IMG/VR virus record: IMGVR_UViG_3300025528_000019
Location: 1 to 35,591 of that record
DNA length: 35,591 nt
Reading direction: 5' to 3' (one strand)
Source of the DNA: a virus
Taxonomy: Duplodnaviria > Caudoviricetes
Positions 24,507 to 31,436 of this stretch are shown here, piece by piece. Positions within the stretch are counted from its first letter, which is position 1. Every line of letters starts with the position of its first letter. Position numbers and translations under genes: made by a program. The notes below the pieces were generated by a model, which was given only the letters and a program-made list of their open reading frames with translations, did no database searches and was not told the origin of the DNA.

Positions 24507-25136
24507 TCATCCCCCCAGCTTGGCCCACAATTCGGCCTCTTTCTGCCGGATTTCCTCAGGGGTCATGGTGGACAGGTCTGGGAAGCCACCAGCCGGCGCC
24601 GCCGGAGCCTGGCCGCCGGTTGGGACCACCGGGGGCCGGTCCTTTAGCAGCGGCCCGTAGATGGTTGCGGCGTCCTGCTCCAGGGCGTCCGGGGTGTCAC
24701 CCCTCAGCCGCGCCACCTGGTCATCTGACAGGCCGTAGCGCGACTTGAGGGCCACCCGGGTGGCCTCGAGGGCACGCTGGGCCAGGGCCTGCTCCACCCG
24801 CTCCTGGACCAGCTTTTCCACCTGGGTGTCCTTGGCGGCCAGGGCATCGGCCAAGTCCTTCTCAAACTTGGCTTGGCGCCGTGCGTCGGCTTCCCTCAGA
24901 CGCTCCTGGACGATGCGGTCCACATCGGCCTGCGTGAACGTCCGGCCCTGCTGCTGCTGGCCACCCTTCTGGTCCCCAGTGTTGCCCGGCTGGGTTCCGG
25001 GGGTCTGCTGCTGTTGCTGACCCGCGTCCTGGCCCTGGTTGTTGCCCTGCCCGTCAGGTGCGGAGCCAGTGGACCCGGTGGACCCACCACCCCCGGCCCC
25101 ATCGGCCTGGTAGTAGGTCAGGAATGGTGTACGCAT
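24507..25136 (-). CDS. Capsid scaffolding protein
   Basis: G/Q-rich N-terminus, TFTQADVDRIVQERL, RLRGDTPDALEQDA; directly upstream of the capsid gene. Confidence 0.8.
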   Translation of the reverse strand: MRTPFLTYYQADGAGGGGSTGSTGSAPDGQGNNQGQDAGQQQQQTPGTQPGNTGDQKGGQQQQGRTFTQADVDRIVQERLREADARRQAKFEKDLADALAAKDTQVEKLVQERVEQALAQRALEATRVALKSRYGLSDDQVARLRGDTPDALEQDAATIYGPLLKDRPPVVPTGGQAPAAPAGGFPDLSTMTPEEIRQKEAELWAKLGG

Positions 25137-25166
25137 ATGTCTCCCTGGGGTGTGTACCCGTGCCAT

Positions 25167-25187
25167 TCCCTATAGGGATGTTTGCAG
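25167..25187 (-). promoter_or_regulatory. Candidate late-promoter motif
   Basis: Minus strand CTGCAAACATCCCTATAGGGA, intergenic upstream of scaffold and capsid. Confidence 0.6.
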
Positions 25188-25205
25188 GGTGTCAGGGGGG
25201 GCAGG

Positions 25206-25763
25206 TCATCGGACGGGCCGGCCCCCTCGGATGCGGAGTGGGTAATAGCGGGCTCCATACTCCCGGCAGCTGTCGCAGCTGTCATTGGCGTGGCGCTCCC
25301 AATAGGCGTCAGCGTCCCCCCGTGATGCGTCAATGACCACCAGGTCCCACTCACATTTACAGTTGGACAGGCAATCTGTGTCCTGGCCGGGGTGGACCGG
25401 CAGGGGCCAGCCGTTGGTAGCCCCCATGCTGTAGCTGGTGGTGACCGCTCGAGCATACATCCGGGCTCGAGGGGCCCAGCTGGGGTCACCCGGGTCCCCA
25501 GCCTCCACGTCCTGGTAGAACCCGTCCAGGTAGTCCAGCTGGGTGGCGATGAACCGGCCCAGGTCACTGTCCCGTAGGTCCGGGGGGACCGGGTTCGGGT
25601 TGGCCAGCAGGTAGGCGGCCACATGGGCCTCTGTGATGGTATCTTCCATCCGCTGGGCCCACTCGAGGGGGGACAGCTGGCCGCCGGCCAGGCCGTCCAT
25701 CAGGTGGTCAATGTCCTGGACGACCTGGTCCTGTAGCCGGGTCAGGCGTGCGTCTCGAGCCAC
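25206..25763 (-). CDS. Minor head/head-morphogenesis protein
   Basis: Between portal and scaffold; QLDYLDGF, RARMYA, PG..TDCLSNCKC, CDSC. Confidence 0.6.
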   Translation of the reverse strand: MARDARLTRLQDQVVQDIDHLMDGLAGGQLSPLEWAQRMEDTITEAHVAAYLLANPNPVPPDLRDSDLGRFIATQLDYLDGFYQDVEAGDPGDPSWAPRARMYARAVTTSYSMGATNGWPLPVHPGQDTDCLSNCKCEWDLVVIDASRGDADAYWERHANDSCDSCREYGARYYPLRIRGGRPVR

Positions 25764-25769
25764 TACTGG

Positions 25770-27188
25770 TCACCCCCCGTTCCTGGCCCGCTGGGCGCGT
25801 TCAGCGGCCCGCTGGGCGATAGGCTGGGCCCCGCCGGGGCCCAGGGCCTGGACCTGTGGGGCCAGGCTGGCCCGTTCGGCCTTCTCTGCCTTCAGGGCCT
25901 CCACTTCCTTCTGGACCTGGTCATCCGTCCAGTCCGGGTGGATGCGTTTGACCGCTTCTGCCAGCGTAATCAGGCCCCTTTCATACAGCTGGGCCGTCTG
26001 GTTCTCGCGCTCTCTCAGTAGGTCCTCTGTGATGACCTGGACGGGCTCCCAGGTGATGTCCACGGCCTGGACCTCTGCCACGCTGGGCCCGAACGCTCGA
26101 GCCATGGCCAGGATGGTCTGGACCAGGGTGGCCAGCTGGCCCGTCAGGCCGGCCTGGTGGCTCTCTGCCTTCTCGTTCAGCCTGGCCTCTGCCTGTAGCA
26201 AGGCCACCCCGCTGGGCCACTCCCCGGTGAAGTAGTGGGACGGAACCGTGGTCACCCAGGTCAGTAGCCGCAGGTAGGTATCCACCAGGGTGGGGTCCAG
26301 GCTTGCGCTGGCCAGCTGGGCCAGCTCGGCCTCTGAGCCCTGGAGGACCAGGACAGACCCGGGGGCCAGCTTAATCTGGCGTCGAATGGGGGTCCCATCC
26401 TGCCGGCGGATGGGTTGGCCATTGATGTTGGTCACGAACCCGCTGTTGTGGTCACCCCTCAGCCACCGCTGGGGCCAGCCCTGGGACCGGCTGACCGCTT
26501 GCAGGTCCACCAGGGCGTCATTCAGGTCCCTGGCCAGCTGGAGGGCGCCGTCAATGTCGCTGACCCCGTCCCCGAATTCCACCAGGGGGATGACCCCGGG
26601 GGACCAGGGGACCGGCCAGGCCGCGTCCCCCTCGTCCAGCCGGGCCGCCCACCCGGACTTGTCATCCTTCCGGAACTTGTAGATGGCCTCTGGGTAGAAC
26701 ACATCACAGAACAGGTCCTTGTCCCGGCGGTAGACATTGACCCCATAGGCCGGCTGGCCCGTGTCTGGGTCACTGACCACCATGGCCCCGTCCTGGCCGT
26801 CATACAGGGCCCGCCGGGTCAGCCGGGGCCGGTTGGCCAGGGGGTCCCAGGTGACCAGGACATAGCCTCTGCCGTCCCGGACCACGCTTTCCCACAGCCG
26901 GCGCTCGAGCGTGGCCCAGCCGGCCTGGTTCAGCCAGGTGGTGACCACTTTCTTGGGGGTGGCCGGGGCGATGTTCCAGTCCTTGACGTACAGCTTGCTG
27001 GCGATGGCCTCCACCACCACCCCAAGGACTGGGATGGCCCGCCGCTGGGGGGTCCCCAGGATAGCGGCCATGTCATCCGGCAGGGTGATGATGTGGCCAT
27101 GGGCGGCCCGGCGGTAGTCCAGGACCCGGGCCGTGTGCGTGGACAATTCCGCCAGTAGGTTTGTCAGCTGCGTGGGGTCTATGGCCAT
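25770..27188 (-). CDS. Portal protein (SPP1 gp6-like)
   Basis: Directly after terL; RDGRGYVLV, PGVIPLVEF, GWPQRW, PSGVAL...EARL. Start at ATG 27188. Confidence 0.8.
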   Translation of the reverse strand: MAIDPTQLTNLLAELSTHTARVLDYRRAAHGHIITLPDDMAAILGTPQRRAIPVLGVVVEAIASKLYVKDWNIAPATPKKVVTTWLNQAGWATLERRLWESVVRDGRGYVLVTWDPLANRPRLTRRALYDGQDGAMVVSDPDTGQPAYGVNVYRRDKDLFCDVFYPEAIYKFRKDDKSGWAARLDEGDAAWPVPWSPGVIPLVEFGDGVSDIDGALQLARDLNDALVDLQAVSRSQGWPQRWLRGDHNSGFVTNINGQPIRRQDGTPIRRQIKLAPGSVLVLQGSEAELAQLASASLDPTLVDTYLRLLTWVTTVPSHYFTGEWPSGVALLQAEARLNEKAESHQAGLTGQLATLVQTILAMARAFGPSVAEVQAVDITWEPVQVITEDLLRERENQTAQLYERGLITLAEAVKRIHPDWTDDQVQKEVEALKAEKAERASLAPQVQALGPGGAQPIAQRAAERAQRARNGG

Positions 27189-27195
27189 AGGTGCC

Positions 27196-28833
27196 TCATC
27201 CAATCGCCCACGGCCCGGTGGGGGCCACCAGGTCCAGCCGGCCCTGGTCCTTCAGCTGCATGACCACGGTCCCCACCGCGTCCAGCGTGTCATCATTGCG
27301 GCCATGCGGCCAGGCTTCCCACTCGGTGGCCAGCTGGGCGGCCACATCTTCCACCACGAACAGCTGGCCCCGGTCCGTGTACTCTGCCAGGGCCTCTATC
27401 TTCTCCGCCTTGGGCCGGCTCGAGTAGAACTTGGTCGGGACCGTGTGGACCCCGGCGGCCCCCAGCCGCTCGTTCAGCAGGTCGGCCTGGATGCCCCCAG
27501 CCGCGTTTTCCTCGACCCAAAACCCGTCCAGGTAGACCCCGGCGGCCCGGTGGACCTTCAGCCGCTTGACGATGGCTGCGATGGTGTCCTTGTAGCTGCG
27601 GCGCTGGCTGTCCACGTAGTCCACGAACAGGCGCCGCGTCCGGGGGTGGAACAGGACTTCCACATAGGCGGCCAGGTCATTCCTGGCCCCACCCTTCTCG
27701 GTCGGGTCCAGGGCGGCCAGGCGCTCGAGCTCGCCCGGGGGTGGCAGGTCAGCCCGGCGGATGTAGGCTGGCCGGCCCAGGGCCCCGCCGGCCTCGTCCG
27801 GGGCGTTCTGAATTTCCGATTGGAACGCAGCCTTGCCGGCGGCCAGCCGGTAGACCATCAGGTAGTAGTAGGCGTCCGGACGGTCCCACAGGACCTGGGT
27901 CCCCTCGAGCATCTCGGCCTTGTGCGCCTGGTAGAATTCGTCCGCTTCAGCGTCCGTGGGCTGGGCCCCGTCCCGGGCCCGCTCCAGGAACCAGGCCTCC
28001 CACTCGGCCCACAGGTCCTGACGGTCGGCAAACCGCTTGACCCCGGCCTCCACCAGGCGGTCAAAGTCCGGCCTGGCCAGCAGATGGCCCATGATGCTGG
28101 TCCGGCGGATGACCGTCCCCACGAACACAAAGCTGCTGGTGAACCGGACGTTGTCCCCCAGCTGCAGGACCGACTTGTTCAGCCACTCAACGGCCGCGTC
28201 CAGCTGGACCTGGGACCGGACGAGCTGGTCATCGTCCAGGTCATCCCCAATAATCAGCCGGGGCCGGACGGGATTAGACACACCACGGATGGCCCCATTC
28301 CCCACCCCAAAGGCCACAATGGTCCGGCCAGCGTAATCAATGCGGTCACTGCCCCAGCTGGCGCCGCCGGCTATCTCGGGGAAATCCTCACACCAAGCCG
28401 GGCTGGCCAGGGCCGTTTCCTTGATGTTCTTGTTCAGGCGCTCGGCTGCGGTCTGGGTGTTGCCCAGCAGGACCGTCAGGGGGGACCAGCCGTAGGACAG
28501 GCCGTGCAAGGGCATGATGCGGCTATAGAAGGTGGACTTGGCGTGGCCTCGAGGGATGGCCCGGGCCAGCTTGACCCCCCGCTGGCCGCTGACCGCCCGG
28601 GTCCGGATGTCGTCTATGTCAGCCAGGAACCGGCGGTGGACCGGGGCAAAGTCCAGGACGAACTCATCCGGGAAGTACAGCTTGACAAATGCCCCAGCGT
28701 CCTGCTGGCCCAGCCAGCGGCGCAGGCCCCGGGGGCCGGTCAGCGGGGCATCCAGGCTGGCCAGGTAGGCCAGCTGGTCCCGGGACCAGTGGCGGCCCAG
28801 GTAGTGGGTCAGGGTGGACAGGCCGCCGGTCAT
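27196..28833 (-). CDS. terL: Terminase large subunit
   Basis: Walker A PRGHAKST, Walker B IIGDD, FVGT coupling motif, nuclease AALDP and NDDTLDA. Confidence 0.92.
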   Translation of the reverse strand: MTGGLSTLTHYLGRHWSRDQLAYLASLDAPLTGPRGLRRWLGQQDAGAFVKLYFPDEFVLDFAPVHRRFLADIDDIRTRAVSGQRGVKLARAIPRGHAKSTFYSRIMPLHGLSYGWSPLTVLLGNTQTAAERLNKNIKETALASPAWCEDFPEIAGGASWGSDRIDYAGRTIVAFGVGNGAIRGVSNPVRPRLIIGDDLDDDQLVRSQVQLDAAVEWLNKSVLQLGDNVRFTSSFVFVGTVIRRTSIMGHLLARPDFDRLVEAGVKRFADRQDLWAEWEAWFLERARDGAQPTDAEADEFYQAHKAEMLEGTQVLWDRPDAYYYLMVYRLAAGKAAFQSEIQNAPDEAGGALGRPAYIRRADLPPPGELERLAALDPTEKGGARNDLAAYVEVLFHPRTRRLFVDYVDSQRRSYKDTIAAIVKRLKVHRAAGVYLDGFWVEENAAGGIQADLLNERLGAAGVHTVPTKFYSSRPKAEKIEALAEYTDRGQLFVVEDVAAQLATEWEAWPHGRNDDTLDAVGTVVMQLKDQGRLDLVAPTGPWAIG

Positions 28834-28973
28834 CGCACTACCACCCAGACTTCAATGTGAGCATAGCCCCGGTGGGGGATGGCATGAGCCCGGACGCTCG
28901 TCCAGGGCGCCAGCAGGGCCAGCGTCAGGACCAGGGCCGCCAGACAGACGAGCATGGCCAGGCTAGTGGTCAT
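28830..28973 (-). CDS. Small membrane peptide (47 aa)
   Basis: Not in the ORF track: MTTSLAMLVCLAALVLTLALLAPW...; its stop overlaps the terL start (ATGA). Confidence 0.45.
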   Translation of the reverse strand: MTTSLAMLVCLAALVLTLALLAPWTSVRAHAIPHRGYAHIEVWVVVR

Positions 28974-29238
28974 CGGGGGCTGTCTCTGGGGCCGGCCGGG
29001 CCAGGACGTCCAGCAGCAGGCCCAGGACCGCCACCAGGTCCATCAGGTTCCGCCCCGGCAGGGCAGCGTCCATGTGGCTGTTGACCTGGCATGCGGCGAA
29101 CAGGCGCCGCTGGTCATCGGTCAGCCAGTCCGCCCAGCCGTCCGGAGTGAATTCACCCCTGGTCATCTGGCTGATGCGGCCCATCACCTGGGCCTGGGCC
29201 GGGGTCATCAGCCCGGGGTCCATTGTCGGTCTGTCCAT
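28963..29238 (-). CDS. Hypothetical protein
   Basis: GAGGGG RBS; lies within the terS-terL operon. Confidence 0.5.
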   Translation of the reverse strand: MDRPTMDPGLMTPAQAQVMGRISQMTRGEFTPDGWADWLTDDQRRLFAACQVNSHMDAALPGRNLMDLVAVLGLLLDVLARPAPETAPDDH

Positions 29239-29581
29239 CGTTCCCCCTCGTTCCCATCAGGGCCAGCAGGTCCGCCAGCGTCGGGCCGGCCTGGCCGCCC
29301 TCGTCCCCGGCCAGCATCCCCAGGACCACGTCCGGGTTTTTCCCCCAGTAGCGCTCAAAAATCCACTGGATGGCCCCCAGCCGGGTATCGTCCGGGGACC
29401 GGCTGTATATCTTGCGGCGGCCCAGGGCGATGTCCAGGTAGGCTTCCACCAGCTGGTCAAATTCCGGGTCTACCAGGTCCATGAACCTGGTCAGCCGCTC
29501 GAGGGACCGGACCGGGGGCTTGTTCGGCTGGCCCCGGGGCCTCCCGGCCCCAGGCCGCCGGCCACCATGTCCGTTCGCCAT
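29153..29581 (-). CDS. terS: Terminase small subunit (putative)
   Basis: GGRRPGAGRPRGQPNK N-terminus and AIQWIFERYWGK; upstream of terL. Start at ATG 29581. Confidence 0.65.
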   Translation of the reverse strand: MANGHGGRRPGAGRPRGQPNKPPVRSLERLTRFMDLVDPEFDQLVEAYLDIALGRRKIYSRSPDDTRLGAIQWIFERYWGKNPDVVLGMLAGDEGGQAGPTLADLLALMGTRGNDGQTDNGPRADDPGPGPGDGPHQPDDQG

Positions 29582-29721
29582 GTTTATGTCCACTCCCATG
29601 CCCCTGGTATCAAGCGGGGTGGCCGGCTGACCCAGGGGGACAAGCCAGCCGGCCCGGACCAGGGTGGGGCCCCCAGCAGGTGGCGGCGCCGCATTGTGCG
29701 GAGTGGGGTTACCCGGTCCAC

Positions 29722-29742
29722 TCCCTATAGGGATGGTTGCAG
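29722..29742 (-). promoter_or_regulatory. Candidate late-promoter motif heading the virion operon
   Basis: Minus strand CTGCAACCATCCCTATAGGGA, about 140 nt upstream of terS. Confidence 0.6.
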
Positions 29743-29850
29743 GCCCGGGCCCGTCCTGGGCCCTGTGGGCCCCTCGAGGCCAGCTGGTGGGGCGGGAAGT
29801 CTTTACACTGTCAGCAGCGAAAATGTCAGGGACGAACAGCGCAACAGGAA

Positions 29851-30200
29851 GCCCTAAACCCCTAAAAAAATGTCGGGGATGTCGGGGGCATGACAGCCCC
29901 CTGTCATGGGGGTTTAAGCCTTTAGTATGCCTTATATATTCTTTACATGACGGGCATGACGGGGTTTCCATAAAGTAGCCTCATGGAGGGTATGAAAAAA
30001 CATACATGGAGAAAGTTTGTGGAACTGCCCGTCATGCCCGTCATGTAAACACTTTCGCAGCCGATTAGGACGCCCAGAATGGACGATGACAGGGGGCATG
30101 ACAGGGCCCGTCATGCCCCGACATGCCCGGCACGAATTACGGGGTTTGTGGCATCCTACTGCCCTAAACGTGCCCGTCATGATTTTTGGAAAGTGTGTAA
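29851..30200 (-). repeat. Origin-like iteron element, copy B (reverse complement of 13479-13827)
   Basis: 29914-29980 is an exact 67-bp reverse complement of 13698-13764; same iteron layout with one diverged internal segment. Confidence 0.9.
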
Positions 30201-30270
30201 GGGGTTTCTCGAGGGGAACCTGGTGTGGGCCTGATAGCTGGCTTACGGGGCCACATAGTGGCCACACAAG

Positions 30271-30279
30271 TTATCCACA
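30271..30279 (+). promoter_or_regulatory. Consensus DnaA box
   Basis: TTATCCACA about 70 bp from repeat copy B, in AT-rich intergenic DNA. Confidence 0.45.
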
Positions 30280-30394
30280 TAAAGTGTTTACACAAGGCAT
30301 TGCAAAAAGTGTGCCATGATGCGTATCTTTTAAGGGGGGGTGGAAGTTCTTTTATGCAGGGTGACAACTCTGCAATACATCGGGGGACCACGTT

Positions 30395-30880
30395 ATGGAG
30401 TGCTGCTTCTGCGGCCGCGCCATTGCCACGAGCGTGGGGGATGGCCGGACGTTCCAGCCGGACTACTGCCGGGACTGTGGGGACATGTACACCAGGGAGT
30501 TGGGCTCTGGGTGGGAACGGGCCGAATGGGCCCAGGAAGTGTTCCGGGCCCACCGCCGGCTCATGTACGTGGAGGGTCAGGAGGCCGGGTGGGTTCGGCT
30601 GGACAGCGGCCAGTCCGGCTGGGCGAATGGTCGGGACATCCTCGAGGCTGGGGCTGGTCCTATTGTGGGCCGGCCTGGGGCGGGGGACCTGGTCCTGGAC
30701 GATGTCCTGGCCGAGCTGATGGGCCGGGGGTGGGGCGGGGACCGTATCCACCGGGAGCTGGTGGCCCGGGGCTGGGATATATCCCAGCGGACGGTCTACT
30801 ACCGCCTGGCCAGGCTGCGGGCCCCCGTGGTAGACGGGGACGCCCAGGACCCCCTCGAGGGGGGCCGGAAGGCTGCATAA
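30395..30880 (+). CDS. Zinc-finger plus C-terminal HTH protein (candidate transcription regulator)
   Basis: CCFCG...YCRDCG; GWGGDRIHRELVARGWDISQRTVYYRL. Confidence 0.65.
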   Translation: MECCFCGRAIATSVGDGRTFQPDYCRDCGDMYTRELGSGWERAEWAQEVFRAHRRLMYVEGQEAGWVRLDSGQSGWANGRDILEAGAGPIVGRPGAGDLVLDDVLAELMGRGWGGDRIHRELVARGWDISQRTVYYRLARLRAPVVDGDAQDPLEGGRKAA

Positions 30881-30889
30881 CGCACATGC

Positions 30890-30932
30890 GTCCATAAAGT
30901 GTGTTGACAAACATTCGCAAATCGGCTACAAT
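30890..30932 (+). promoter_or_regulatory. Sigma70 promoter with an upstream GTCCATAAA box
   Basis: GTCCATAAA, TTGACA-AACATTCGCAAATCGGC-TACAAT; upstream of the HTH and primase genes. Confidence 0.7.
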
Positions 30933-31072
30933 CCCCTTGCTGGTACGTTAACAACCCAGCACGCCGGGCCCATGCTGTCCTGGCGTGCCGCAAACTATCT
31001 CGCATACCGTGTTACAATCGGGTGTGTGGCCCAGTGGGCCACGCCCGCAATGATAGCAAGGGGAGCAACGCC

Positions 31073-31354
31073 ATGCCGAGACTACCACGGCCCAGAACGG
31101 GCCGCCCACCCATCACACAATACAATCGTCGTATTGTTGAGCTGATGATGCTGGGCTGGGGCCTGGACCGCATCCTCGCCCAGCTGAACAGCGAGGGGGC
31201 CAATATTAAGCGTTCGGCCCTCCACAAGCGGATGAAAGAGATCAGGGACGCTGACAACGCTGGCCGGCTAGAGGAATTTCTGGCTGAACAGGACCGGGCC
31301 ACGGTGCCACCGCCGGAACGGGGCCACGGCCCTCTTAGACTAGCCCTGGCCTAA
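31073..31354 (+). CDS. Small HTH DNA-binding protein
   Basis: GGGGAG RBS; GRPP...LMMLGWGLDRILAQLNSEGANIKRSALHKRMKE. Confidence 0.6.
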   Translation: MPRLPRPRTGRPPITQYNRRIVELMMLGWGLDRILAQLNSEGANIKRSALHKRMKEIRDADNAGRLEEFLAEQDRATVPPPERGHGPLRLALA

Positions 31355-31436
31355 CACGCGCCAATCTGTTAGGCCGGGGCATACGACGAACCGGGTCGGG
31401 GAAGGAAGGGCCCGGGTCTGTCATAGCGGGGGATGT

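Noticed and set aside
27133-28860. Long plus-strand ORFs opposite the virion genes (also 23490..24443, 16431..17279, 11935..12954, 19457..20206)
   Set aside because: Antisense shadows of well-supported genes in GC-rich DNA with few stop codons; no recognisable motifs.
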